Source: an uncultured Tepidisphaeraceae bacterium | GTDB lineage: Bacteria; Planctomycetota; Phycisphaerae; Tepidisphaerales; Tepidisphaeraceae | Assembly: GCA_964606625.1 (NCBI GenBank) | Contig: CAZSJB010000001.1 | Span: 1-32,861 of the forward strand | Length of the DNA stretch: 32,861 nucleotides | Direction: 5' to 3' | Notes under the pieces: generated by a model | What the model saw: the letters and a program-made list of their open reading frames with translations, nothing else | Databases searched by the model: none | What the model was told of the DNA's origin: nothing | Translations under genes and position numbers: made by a program | In this document: in pieces, positions 17,186 to 26,463 of the stretch | Numbering within the stretch: position 1 is the stretch's first letter | Layout of the letters: each line of letters opens with the position of its first letter

Positions 17186-18562
17186 ATGGTGTTGAAAGCG
17201 ATCAATCCAGCGACCGAAGCGCTGATCCGTGAATACCCGGAGCACACCGATGCCGAGGTGGAAAAGCGGCTGACCGCCACGCGGGCGGCGGCGCTGACTT
17301 GGCGGGATGTCAGCATGGACGAGCGGGCGGCCCTGATGCGTCGACTGGGCGAGCAGTTACGCAAGCAGCGAGATGCACTGGCGGCGTTGATGGTGGCCGA
17401 GATGGGCAAGCCGATTGCCTCGGCTGAGAGCGAGGTCGACAAGTGCGCGCTTTGCTGCGATTACTTCGCCCAGAACGCAGCCGTCATGCTGGCGCCGCAG
17501 CATCGTGTCGTCGATGCGGACGAAAGCTACGTCCGATTCGATCCGCTGGGGGTGGTGCTGGCGATCATGCCGTGGAACTTTCCGATCTGGCAGGTAATCC
17601 GGTTTGCTGCCCCCAATCTGATGGCGGGCAATGTCGGGGTGCTCAAGCATGCGCCGAACGTGCCGGGAACTGCGCTGGCGATCGAAAAGCTGTTTGCCGA
17701 TGCGGGATTCCCAACCGGTGTCTTCTCGGCGCTGCTGATTGCCAACGAGCGGGCGCAGGGGGTGATCGAGCATCCGGCTGTGGCGGCTGTGACCTTGACC
17801 GGCAGCGTGAAGGCAGGAGGCATCGTTGCGGGGCAGGCGGGGGCGATGCGGAAAAAGACGGTGCTGGAACTGGGGGGATCGGATCCGTTCATCGTGCTGG
17901 CGGATGCGGACTTGGAGGCGGCGGCTGCCACCGCAGCCAAGTCGCGCTGCCTCAACTCCGGCCAGAGCTGCATCGCCGCCAAGCGGTTCATCGTGGAGGC
18001 AGCCATTGCCGACGCCTTTGTCGAGGCTTTGGTGGCCCAGATGAACGCGATGAAAACCGGGGACCCGACCGACCGCCAGACCGACATCGGTCCGCTGGCC
18101 CGGGCGGATCTGCGCGACACGCTGGAAGGGCAGGTGGCCGATTCGATCCGGGCCGGGGCGAAACTCCTGGCGGGCGGGAAGCGCGTTGGCGAGCGCGGGT
18201 TCTTTTATGCGCCGACAGTTCTAGGGGAGGTTACGCCGGGCATGCGGGCGTTTGATGAGGAGACGTTCGGGCCGGTGGCGGCGGTGGTGCGGGCGCGCGA
18301 TGCCAGGCATGCGGTGGAATTGGCGAACCGGTCGCACTACGGGCTGGGCGCGAACATCTGGACGCGGGATCTGGCGCGTGCCAAAGCGCTGGCGGAGAAG
18401 ATCGAATCTGGCTGCATTTTCATCAATGACTTTGTAAAAAGCGATCCGGCGCTACCGTTTGGGGGCATAAAGGACAGTGGCTATGGGCGGGAACTGGGGG
18501 ATTTCGGGATTCGAGAGTTCGTGAACATCAAGACCGTCGTGGTGAAATCCAGCGATCCGTAA
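17186..18562 (+). CDS. gabD: NAD(P)-dependent aldehyde dehydrogenase, succinate-semialdehyde dehydrogenase-like
   Basis: 458 aa. It has the catalytic Glu context VLELGGSDPFIV, the catalytic Cys context NSGQSCIAAKRFIV and a C-terminal EETFGPV. The size and N-terminus (LKAINPATEALIREYPEH) fit the short SSADH clade. The substrate assignment is inference. Confidence 0.85.
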   Translation: MVLKAINPATEALIREYPEHTDAEVEKRLTATRAAALTWRDVSMDERAALMRRLGEQLRKQRDALAALMVAEMGKPIASAESEVDKCALCCDYFAQNAAVMLAPQHRVVDADESYVRFDPLGVVLAIMPWNFPIWQVIRFAAPNLMAGNVGVLKHAPNVPGTALAIEKLFADAGFPTGVFSALLIANERAQGVIEHPAVAAVTLTGSVKAGGIVAGQAGAMRKKTVLELGGSDPFIVLADADLEAAAATAAKSRCLNSGQSCIAAKRFIVEAAIADAFVEALVAQMNAMKTGDPTDRQTDIGPLARADLRDTLEGQVADSIRAGAKLLAGGKRVGERGFFYAPTVLGEVTPGMRAFDEETFGPVAAVVRARDARHAVELANRSHYGLGANIWTRDLARAKALAEKIESGCIFINDFVKSDPALPFGGIKDSGYGRELGDFGIREFVNIKTVVVKSSDP

Positions 18563-18723
18563 GCGTGGATTCATCGGGGATACTCGCGTTATGTCTTGTT
18601 GCTATAGGGGATTAGCGTTTGTCTGTTTTTTCGGGAAACAACGTGATTGGTTCTGGCATTTCTTGCTCGCTGGACTTTTGCAAGATTTATGGTTGGAATA
18701 ACGTAATCTGGGTAACATAAGCG

Positions 18724-18745
18724 ATTCGGGCAATCGTTGCCGAAT
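18724..18745. promoter_or_regulatory. Imperfect palindrome ATTCGGGCAA-TCG-TTGCCGAAT, candidate operator upstream of the regulator gene
   Basis: The arms ATTCGGGCAA and TTGCCGAAT are complementary apart from one extra G. The site lies 56 nt upstream of the ATG at 18801 in an AT-richer 238-nt intergenic region. Confidence 0.35.
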
Positions 18746-18800
18746 ATACAGGGCTTTACCCAGGTGATGACCTGATTTTCATAGAAACTGGGCTATTGCG

Positions 18801-19835
18801 ATGCACGATCAACCTCCTTCCTCACCGCCGCCGGAATCAGCAGGCCGATTGAGCTACAAGTACCAGCGGCTTCGTGAACGGATTCGTCGAGCCATCATGA
18901 CTGGCGAACTGACGGGCAAGCTGCCCGGGGAGCGCCAGTTGGCAGAGCAGTTCAACGTCAATGCCAAGACGCTGTCCAAGGCCTTGACCGACCTGGCAGC
19001 CGAAGGCCTGCTTGAACGCACCATCGGCCGTGGCACCTTTGTGCGGGGGACGCAACAACCCACAGCTCTGCGCGAGCGATGGATGATCATCGACAACCCG
19101 CAGACGCCCTCTATCCTCGCCCGCCAGCTTGCCAACTCGGGAGTGGAGACCCAGGTTATTTCCGATGTCTCGACCCTGCGCCCCAGCTTCCTGAATCAGT
19201 TTACCGCTGTCATCGACCTGACGGACAACACCCCCGAGTCCTTTTTGCGCGATCTGGTCGTTCGTAACCTGCAAGTGGTGGTCGCCGGCCGCGAACCCGC
19301 GGGGCTGTCCATCAACTGTGTCGCCATCGACACGATGCTTGGCGCCTCCTGCGCCGGGCGCGACCTGATGACAGCCGGCCATCGCATGCTGGCCGCTATC
19401 GATAAAAACGGCAGCCAGCATGTTCTGTACGCGCTTAACAAAACGGCTGAGCGGTTTGGCGGTAATGTGAGTGTCATCCGCATTGCCGACGATGAGCTGG
19501 AATTGGCGCTGGAGCGTGGCGTTACGGGGATTGTCTGCGATGGTGTGACTTGCGGGCGACGGGTGATGCATAACCTCGCCAAGATGGGGATCTCGGTTCC
19601 CGGGCAGGTTTCGGTGATGGCCATCGGCTGTGTGGATGAAGTTCCGCCGTGCAGCGGGTATTTCATCCATGCCGGCGAAATGGCGGAGTCGGTGATCTCG
19701 CTGCTGCGCAGTGGTGCGCGGCGTCCGACGACGCTGTGGCTGGCAGGTCGGCGGACCGATGTGGGCACCACTGCCACCGCAGCCCTGCCGGTGGGGGATG
19801 GGCAGGTCGTTGGCCTGTCTAAAATGGCGATGTAA
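18801..19835 (+). CDS. AraR-type transcriptional regulator (GntR-family wHTH fused to LacI/GalR-type periplasmic-binding-fold sensor domain)
   Basis: The N-terminus YQRLRERIRRAIMTGELTGKLPGERQLAEQFNVNAKTLSKALTDLAAEGLLERTIGRGTFV is a GntR HTH. The ~260-aa C-terminal region has a LacI-type alternating beta/alpha pattern (e.g. GITGIVCDGVTCGRRVMHNLAKMGISVPGQVSVMAIG). Confidence 0.8.
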   Translation: MHDQPPSSPPPESAGRLSYKYQRLRERIRRAIMTGELTGKLPGERQLAEQFNVNAKTLSKALTDLAAEGLLERTIGRGTFVRGTQQPTALRERWMIIDNPQTPSILARQLANSGVETQVISDVSTLRPSFLNQFTAVIDLTDNTPESFLRDLVVRNLQVVVAGREPAGLSINCVAIDTMLGASCAGRDLMTAGHRMLAAIDKNGSQHVLYALNKTAERFGGNVSVIRIADDELELALERGVTGIVCDGVTCGRRVMHNLAKMGISVPGQVSVMAIGCVDEVPPCSGYFIHAGEMAESVISLLRSGARRPTTLWLAGRRTDVGTTATAALPVGDGQVVGLSKMAM

Positions 19836-19960
19836 TCATAGGGGAACAGCAGGTAACAGCACTGCAAACCTCCATCCGCTGCTGCTGGCAGGATCTTGCC
19901 TGTCGATCTTTTCTATCCAGATGCTCGCCAGCGATGCCGATCGTCGCTACTCTGTAGCTC

Positions 19961-20869
19961 ATGTCATGGGCGTGGGTGGTTGTCTGTATCGGAATCGCGC
20001 TGATCGGCGTAACCAAGAGTGGCTTCGGAGCCGGGGTGGGGCTGCTCAATGTCCCGATGATCGTTCTGGCGATGAAGTACACCGATCGCGGGTCGCAGGC
20101 GGCGCTTGGACTGATGCTGCCGCTATTGATCCTGGGGGATCTGATTGCCATCTGGCAGTATCGACGAATGTTCCTGCCGCACCGCGCCGGTCAGAGGCAA
20201 GTCCTGCCTCAGCCGGAAGTGGGGGAACCGCCTTCTCATGGACCGGCCACCGAGGAACCTGCGCATCCCGTCGAGGTGACGCACACCGGTCCTCAACTGA
20301 TCAAAGCCCTCATTCCCGGTACGGTCCTGGGAGTGGTACTGGGTGGATTGCTGCTGTGGTGGTTTCACCAGTACGAGCAACTGGTCGGAGCCCTCATCCG
20401 CCTGGAGATCGGATTCGAATGCATTATTCTCGTCGGGCTGCACTGGTGGCGGCAGGCGAGAGGGATGCAGACACATCTCATGCCCGAGCCCTGGCGAAGC
20501 TGGCTGACTGGCGCGTTCGCTGGAGTCAGCAGCACGCTCGCCCACGCAGCCGGGCCGATCATTGCGATGTACCTGCTGCCGTTGAAGCTCGAGCGCCAGT
20601 TGTTCGTGGGAACCTGTGCGCTCTACTTCTTCCTGCTGAATACCGCCAAGCTACCCGCGTACTACGCCAGCGGAATGTTTGCCGATGCGGAGCTGCCGTT
20701 CACGATCCAGTTCGCGCCGCTGGTGATCGGCGGAGCTTTGTTGGGGTGGTGGGTGTTGCGACGCCTCAGTGACAAGCTGTTTTCGATGATCGTGTACGCC
20801 GTCACCTTCATGCTCGGCTGGTACCTGCTGGTCGAGGGTATTATGCAACTCGCGCGACAGCTCGGATAA
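19961..20869 (+). CDS. TauE/SafE (TSUP) family anion exporter membrane protein
   Basis: GIALIGVTKSGFGAGVGLLNVPMIVLAM is the typical TSUP N-terminal motif, repeated in the second half (GAFAGVSSTLAHAAGPIIAMYLL). A ~45-aa Pro/Glu-rich loop is inserted at about aa 68-112. Confidence 0.85.
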   Translation: MSWAWVVVCIGIALIGVTKSGFGAGVGLLNVPMIVLAMKYTDRGSQAALGLMLPLLILGDLIAIWQYRRMFLPHRAGQRQVLPQPEVGEPPSHGPATEEPAHPVEVTHTGPQLIKALIPGTVLGVVLGGLLLWWFHQYEQLVGALIRLEIGFECIILVGLHWWRQARGMQTHLMPEPWRSWLTGAFAGVSSTLAHAAGPIIAMYLLPLKLERQLFVGTCALYFFLLNTAKLPAYYASGMFADAELPFTIQFAPLVIGGALLGWWVLRRLSDKLFSMIVYAVTFMLGWYLLVEGIMQLARQLG

Positions 20870-21025
20870 ATCCGCTGCCGTACTCATTTCCAACTAGGAG
20901 GATCGATGTTCTGGCGAAAGAAGAGCATCCCATGTGCCGGCGCGGCGTATCTGTCCTGAATGGCAAACTCTTTTTGACGTCTGCGCTATCCTGCCCGACC
21001 GGCGCATGGTAAACCTGAAGGCATC

Positions 21026-21835
21026 ATGAGCAACGCAATTGTTCCCACAGCCATCGTTACGGGGGCGTCACGCGGCATTGGCCGCGGCATCGCATTGGCC
21101 CTTGCGCGCGAGAAGTTCAACGTTGTCATCAACTATGCCGCCAACGCCACAGCAGCCGAAGAGGTGCGCCAGCAAATCGAATCGCTCGGCGCCCGCGGAC
21201 ATATCGTGCAAGCCGACATTTCCGTGGCAGCTGATCGCCAGAAGCTGGTGAACCAGACCCTCGGTACCTTTGGCCGCATCGATCTGCTGGTGAACAACGC
21301 AGGCGTTGCCCCGAATGTGCGGGCTGACTTGCTGGAAGCCGGCGAAGAATCATTCGACCGGCTGGTGAATATCAACCTCAAAGGGCCGTATTTCCTGACG
21401 CAGCTTGTGGCAAAGCAGATGATGCAGCAGGCGGCTGCCAGCAATCAGACCAGTGCAGACAGCGATGGACTGTTGATGCCCAAGATCATCACAATCTCGT
21501 CCATCAGTGCGTATACCGCCAGCGTGAACCGTGGCGACTACTGCATCACGAAGGCGGGATTGTCGATGATGACGCAGTTATTTGCCGCACGGTTGGCTGA
21601 GCATGGAATCGGTGTTTATGAGATTCGGCCGGGCATCATTGAGACGGATATGACCGGCCCCGTCAAAGCCCGATACGACAAGCTGATCCTCGAAGATGGG
21701 ATCACCCCCATTCGCCGCTGGGGCAAGCCTGAAGATGTCGCCAATGCGGTTATCGCTATCGCCAAGGGATATCTGCGCTTCAGTACCGGTGAAGTGATCA
21801 ATGTCGATGGTGGGTTCCACATGCGGACGCTGTAG
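21026..21835 (+). CDS. SDR family oxidoreductase (3-oxoacyl-ACP reductase-like)
   Basis: It has [12 protein letters not shown] (TGxxxGxG), NNAG and a catalytic YCITK (YxxxK) context preceded by SSISA. Length is 269 aa. Confidence 0.88.
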   Translation: MSNAIVPTAIVTGASRGIGRGIALALAREKFNVVINYAANATAAEEVRQQIESLGARGHIVQADISVAADRQKLVNQTLGTFGRIDLLVNNAGVAPNVRADLLEAGEESFDRLVNINLKGPYFLTQLVAKQMMQQAAASNQTSADSDGLLMPKIITISSISAYTASVNRGDYCITKAGLSMMTQLFAARLAEHGIGVYEIRPGIIETDMTGPVKARYDKLILEDGITPIRRWGKPEDVANAVIAIAKGYLRFSTGEVINVDGGFHMRTL

Positions 21836-21896
21836 GGGCTCTCGCCGAGAGGGCGGGTTTTGCAGTCGCCGTGTCGGGGGCAAGTGGCTAGGATCC

Positions 21897-23141
21897 ATGG
21901 GTATGCGACGGTGCTATCTTTGGGCCCTGGTGATTTGCCTGGGAATTGCCTTGCCGGCGGCGGCTGTCCCGCGCGAAGCGAGGCTGCCGCTGCGGAACGG
22001 CGTCCTGCATACTGATGACTTGATCCATCTGATGACCGATCAGTTCGGGCTTCGTGCATTTAATTGCCCGATCAAGGGTCAGATCAACCTGACGGGCATG
22101 CGCGGCAGCCTGCTGATACGGGCATTGGATCAGAGCCTGGGCGAGGGATTTGACCTGCGCGTGGAGGATGCCACACTGATAGTGCGCGTGGATCCTGCGA
22201 AGCTGCCTACGTCCATCGATGAGGCTAAGGCCGCCGCCCGCATTTTCACAGCTACCGCTGCCCCACAAGCAACAGCCGAACAGCAAGCACTGTATGGTCT
22301 GCGGTTGCCTGCCGATCTGGATCCAGCCAAACCCCTGGTGGTTCTCATCCATGGTTTGGACAGCAGCAAAGGTAACTGGCAGCCGATCGCCAATCTGCTG
22401 CAAGCGGAGGGGCATCAGGTTGCCTGGTTCACGTTTCCCAGCGATCAACCCATTGCTGATTCAGCCAATCTGCTTTCGCAGCATCTGGAAGCGACGGCTG
22501 AGATCCATCCGACGATATCACTCAATCTGCTGGCGTTTTCGATGGGATCGCTGGTGGCGCGGGCGGCGATCGAGTCGCCGGACTTCAAGGGCAATGTCGA
22601 GCGGCTGATCATGATTGCGCCGCCGAATCATGGATCGGACTGGGCACGCTATCGGCTGCTACTTGAAGTACACGAGCACTACCACCTGGCCAGGGCGCAT
22701 GAGCAATGGCACTGGACGTGGATGATTACCGACGGCTTGGGTGAAGCCGGCCGTGATCTCAAGCCCGGCTCATCGTTCATACAGCAACTCAATGGATATA
22801 AGCGGCGTGATGGAGTGGCGTATACAATCATTGCAGGCAATCAGCATTCGTTTCGGCGGATCACAGCCAATTGCATCGCTGCTCCTTTGCAATGGACGCC
22901 AGCAAGCGCAGAACAGTGGTGGGGAATTCGTCAGACGCGATTGTGGCTGGAGGAGTGGTCGCAGCGGATTCGCAACGCGCCGGACTCCAGTGATGGTCCG
23001 GTGAAACTGCACTCAGCCAACCTGGAGGGAGTTGAGGATTTTGTGGTGTTACCGGTTGACCACAATGGTCTGTATCAACCGGTGGGGGAGGACCTGCCAG
23101 CAGCCTGGCCGGTTATCCGGGACCGTCTGGGTACACATTGA
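21897..23141 (+). CDS. Secreted alpha/beta hydrolase (lipase/esterase-like, PGAP1-like)
   Basis: The start is chosen at ATG 21897 (MGMRRCYLWALVICLGIALPAAA, a signal peptide). Motifs include VVLIHGLDSS, the nucleophile elbow LLAFSMGSLVAR and MIAPPNHGSD. A ~130-aa unrecognised N-terminal region precedes the hydrolase fold. Confidence 0.8.
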   Translation: MGMRRCYLWALVICLGIALPAAAVPREARLPLRNGVLHTDDLIHLMTDQFGLRAFNCPIKGQINLTGMRGSLLIRALDQSLGEGFDLRVEDATLIVRVDPAKLPTSIDEAKAAARIFTATAAPQATAEQQALYGLRLPADLDPAKPLVVLIHGLDSSKGNWQPIANLLQAEGHQVAWFTFPSDQPIADSANLLSQHLEATAEIHPTISLNLLAFSMGSLVARAAIESPDFKGNVERLIMIAPPNHGSDWARYRLLLEVHEHYHLARAHEQWHWTWMITDGLGEAGRDLKPGSSFIQQLNGYKRRDGVAYTIIAGNQHSFRRITANCIAAPLQWTPASAEQWWGIRQTRLWLEEWSQRIRNAPDSSDGPVKLHSANLEGVEDFVVLPVDHNGLYQPVGEDLPAAWPVIRDRLGTH

Positions 23142-23222
23142 GATGGCGGGATGAAGAACGGCATTTCCTGTTTTGCCGTCACTTCCACTGCGATGTTTCA
23201 CCTCTTTCAACGTGCGTGAAAA

Positions 23223-23270
23223 TTGTTCGTTCCTGTTGGTTGGTTGTATACTTTCAGTAATCTCTGAAAG
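23223..23270 (+). promoter_or_regulatory. Candidate promoter (TTGTTC-18 nt-TATACT) overlapping a perfect 7-bp inverted repeat CTTTCAG-N6-CTGAAAG (candidate autoregulatory operator)
   Basis: TTGTTC lies at 23223-23228 and TATACT at 23247-23252. The inverted-repeat arms are at 23251-23257 and 23264-23270. AGGAG at 23274-23278 precedes the ATG at 23285. Confidence 0.45.
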
Positions 23271-23284
23271 GACAGGAGCAACGA

Positions 23285-23872
23285 ATGACTCAGATGCTTG
23301 AAAAATCCACCGGTGGCAAAGCCAAGCCCGATGTCACCCAGCAGTTGCGACATGCCCAGGATACCTTCATTCGCCGATGGGGCGAGATGGGCCAGACCTG
23401 GGGCATCAATCGGACCATGGCGGAAATCCATGCTCTTCTGTACATCACCGCCCAGCCACTGTGTACCGACGACGTGATGGAGCGCCTGCACATCTCTCGC
23501 GGCAATGCCAGCATGAGCTTGCGCGCCCTGTGCGACTGGGGCATCATCCGCCGCATGCACAAGCGAGGCGAGCGGCGCGAATACTTTGAAAGCCTTTCTG
23601 ATGTCTGGGAAATTTTCTCGATCATCGCCTCGGAGCGCAAGCGCCGCGAAATGGATCCTGTGCTTGAAACGATCAAGCAGTGTCAGAAAATGCTGGATGA
23701 ATCCGAGATCGGAAAAGTGGCCGCCCGTCAGCCGGAAATCCAGGCCACCCGCGAACGTCTCGCCGGAATGCAGGAGTTTGTCGAGGTAACCAACAAGATC
23801 TTCCAGCAGTTCGTCAGCAATGCCAAATCCGGTTTGAACCGCATCGTACGGGTGCTGCTCAAAGCCCTGTGA
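23285..23872 (+). CDS. GbsR/MarR family transcriptional regulator
   Basis: FIRRWGEMGQTWGINRTMAEIHALLYITAQPLCTDDVMERLHISRGNASMSLRALCDWGIIRRMHKRGERREYFES matches the GbsR-type wHTH pattern. Length is 195 aa. Confidence 0.75.
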   Translation: MTQMLEKSTGGKAKPDVTQQLRHAQDTFIRRWGEMGQTWGINRTMAEIHALLYITAQPLCTDDVMERLHISRGNASMSLRALCDWGIIRRMHKRGERREYFESLSDVWEIFSIIASERKRREMDPVLETIKQCQKMLDESEIGKVAARQPEIQATRERLAGMQEFVEVTNKIFQQFVSNAKSGLNRIVRVLLKAL

Positions 23873-24066
23873 GCACCATTTTGCTACCGATGGCACGTGT
23901 CACTGGCCCGCTGGGCCAGCTAGGTGAAGGGCCTGCTTGCCGCAGCCAAAACATCGATATTGATTGCCCCGCCATTGGTGGCAAAATTGGATCCTCTATT
24001 CATCGGAGTTCCAGTTGTGGCGAACTTGCCGTGTACGGCTGAATCTGGATCATTCGCCTGAATCCA

Positions 24067-25011
24067 ATGGATAAACAATACCTCGTACAGAAGTTCGCCA
24101 AGCTCCGCCTGGGCCACTATCACATCATTGGCTACAGTGTTGCCGGTGAGGAGACATGCATTCAGGTGCCTGAGCTGGATGTCTGCTTCGACATCGGCCG
24201 CTGTCCCTATTACGCCCTGACCAGCGATATCATCTGCATCACCCACGGCCACATGGATCACCTGGCGGGGATCGCCTATTACCTCAGCCAGCGGCACTTC
24301 CAGGGAATGAAACCCGGCAAGGTGCTGGTGCCGCGCGAACTGTACCGCAGTGTGGATTGCCTGCTGAAGTGCTGGCGCGAGGTCGAGCGACAGGGAACAC
24401 CTTATGAACTGATCCCGATGTCGGCCGATGAGGTGTACGAGGTACGCAAGGATTTTGTCATCCGTGCGGTCCAGACGCATCACGGCCAGGCGAGCCTTGG
24501 ATATGTGCTCGTCAGCGTGCGCGAAAAACTCAAACCGGAGTATCACGGGATCGATGGGACGGAGTTGGCGCGCATGAAGAAAGAGGGGGTGGAGATTCAG
24601 TATCGGCTGGAGGTGCCGCTGGTTGCAGGGTTGGGGGATACTTCCATGGGGCCGGTTTTCGATCATCCGGATGTGCAAAATGCACAGATCCTTCTTACAG
24701 AATGCACGTTCTTTGATCCCGCGCACAAAAGCCGCGCCAAAGCGGGCAAGCACTTGCACGTGGATCAGCTTGTGCAGTTGCTGCCGAAGCTGAACAACGA
24801 GCATGTCGTGGTGACGCACGTCTCGCGGCGCACCGGGGTGGGCCGGGCAATGCGGCTGCTGAAGCGGCGCGTGGATGCGGAGCAATGGAAGCGCATTCAT
24901 TTCCTGATGGATTTGCAGGATGCGGTCAGTGCTGGGGAAGTTGAGGACGCCGGGCCCCAACCTACGGAAGAACCTGAACCCTCCGCGCGAAAGAATGGTG
25001 AAACCCGCTGA
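24067..25011 (+). CDS. MBL-fold metallo-hydrolase (RNase Z/ElaC-like)
   Basis: It has the ITHGHMDHLAG (HxHxDH) motif and a downstream His/Asp pattern (VQTHHG, GLGDTS, VVVTHVS). Length is 314 aa, with an acidic C-terminal tail. Confidence 0.85.
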   Translation: MDKQYLVQKFAKLRLGHYHIIGYSVAGEETCIQVPELDVCFDIGRCPYYALTSDIICITHGHMDHLAGIAYYLSQRHFQGMKPGKVLVPRELYRSVDCLLKCWREVERQGTPYELIPMSADEVYEVRKDFVIRAVQTHHGQASLGYVLVSVREKLKPEYHGIDGTELARMKKEGVEIQYRLEVPLVAGLGDTSMGPVFDHPDVQNAQILLTECTFFDPAHKSRAKAGKHLHVDQLVQLLPKLNNEHVVVTHVSRRTGVGRAMRLLKRRVDAEQWKRIHFLMDLQDAVSAGEVEDAGPQPTEEPEPSARKNGETR

Positions 25012-25397
25012 CGAGCTCATTTCCTCCAGGATGGATTGCCCGACGTGATCGGGACGGATCTGAGGGAAGGGCAGATCACAGCCACGGAAGTGCTCAACGC
25101 TGGTGGATCCCGATGCTGAGAAATATCTGCTTCAACTGATGCCAGCATCCGCGGCACTGATGGGGCTTATTGCCCTGAGAAGCCTTTGGGGCACCGCCGT
25201 ATCTGAAGGGATGCAGTATGTCGCCACCTTTGGAGTTGTTTTCATAGTGCGGGGATTGCTCCGCAGCGCTGGGCGTGGGTTCTCCTGCGTAGCACAATGC
25301 GCGCACAAGACACAGGTCGCGCATTCCCCATCTAATGCTGGAACTTGGTCGCCTTGTATGAGTTGTGGCAAGCGAAAGAGCGTCCAGGAAGGATTGC

Positions 25398-25655
25398 TTA
25401 CGGGACGGGGATCACACGGGTTACTTCAGGCACCTTCTCGCGCAAGTTACGCTCGATGCCCATCTGAAGTGTCATGGTGCTGCTGGGACATCCGTGACAG
25501 GCGCCGTGGAAGCGGATCTGCACCTCACCATCGGGCAGGACATTGACCAGCTCGATATCGCCGCCATCCGCTTGGACGGCAGGGCGGATCAGATTGATCA
25601 CGTCCTGGACACGTTCCCGCACAGAGGGGGTTGCTTGTTCGGCTGTCGATGCCAT
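25398..25655 (-). CDS. NifU-like Fe-S cluster scaffold/carrier domain protein
   Basis: 85 aa. VINLIRPAVQADGGDIELVNV...IRFHGACHGCPSSTMTLQMGIE carries the CxxC motif of the NifU C-terminal domain. Confidence 0.88.
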   Translation of the reverse strand: MASTAEQATPSVRERVQDVINLIRPAVQADGGDIELVNVLPDGEVQIRFHGACHGCPSSTMTLQMGIERNLREKVPEVTRVIPVP

Positions 25656-25967
25656 GGAGAAACCTCATTTGCGGGGGCAAGCCATCCGCTTCATGCCCCT
25701 TATTCGAGTCAGCCGGATTATAGGCCCTTTCTCGCTAAAGGACAAATCCGACGGACAGCTATTGCAATCCAAAAGCAGACAGCGTCAAAACGCCGGCTGA
25801 GGCCCGCATGTCCGCAATTACCTCGCAAAATCCGACAGCCATCGCCGGTGTGATCGTCGCATAAACATTACATTTACATATCCATGATGGGTGTGGCTGT
25901 AGCGCGATAGCCACCTTCCCGAATCAGACCTTGCGAGGAGTGGCCCATCCCGATAAATCAGCAGCCG

Positions 25968-26405
25968 ATGGAGATGATTCGGATTCAGCGTACCTCTGTT
26001 GAGCAGATCCTTCCCCTGAGGCATCGGATCCTCCGAGCGGGTCTGCCGTTTGAGGCAGCCAGGTTGGAAGGGGATACTGCTCCGAGCACCATTCATCTGG
26101 CGGCCCTGGCCGGGGAACGCGTCGTGGGCTGTGTCAGTTTGATGCCTCGGGAATACAAAGGTCAGCCTGCGTGGCAGGTCAGGGGGATGGCGATTGATGA
26201 GCAGTGGCAAAGACGCGGGATTGGCCGTGAGCTTCTGAGCCAGGCCCGGTCGCATCTGCCTTCTGGACAGCCGATCCGGATGTGGTGCAATGCCCGTGTG
26301 TCTGCGGTACCTTTTTACCAGCGCCAAGGGTGGTGGATTGATTCTGAACCGTTTGAAGTTCCCACTGCCGGTCCCCACGTGAAAATGCGTCTTGATCTGC
26401 CTTGA
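25968..26405 (+). CDS. GNAT family N-acetyltransferase
   Basis: 145 aa. VRGMAIDEQWQRRGIGRELL is the acetyl-CoA-binding Q/RxxGxG motif, followed by ARVSAVPFYQRQGW. Confidence 0.85.
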   Translation: MEMIRIQRTSVEQILPLRHRILRAGLPFEAARLEGDTAPSTIHLAALAGERVVGCVSLMPREYKGQPAWQVRGMAIDEQWQRRGIGRELLSQARSHLPSGQPIRMWCNARVSAVPFYQRQGWWIDSEPFEVPTAGPHVKMRLDLP

Positions 26406-26463
26406 CGGCTTGCGGTTTACCCATGATCGTGGATAGTGATTCCCCGATCGAACAGGAGGCCTT

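Noticed and set aside
18837-19670. 277-aa minus ORF; also + ORF 19711..20772 (353 aa), 17443..18255 (270 aa), 8496..9275 (259 aa), 9885..10523 (212 aa) and 10560..11174 (204 aa)
   Set aside because: These are alternative-frame or antisense ORFs overlapping confidently identified genes. Their Arg/Pro/Gly-rich translations are characteristic of off-frame reading in GC-rich sequence.
23920-25020. 366-aa minus-strand ORF; likewise 23207..23896 (229 aa)
   Set aside because: Both are antisense to the MBL-fold hydrolase and the GbsR-type regulator, each of which carries clear family motifs.
25744-25842. Two copies of AAATCCGAC in the NifU/GNAT divergent region
   Set aside because: This is only a 9-nt match occurring twice with no symmetry. 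It is compatible with chance in a 312-nt region.
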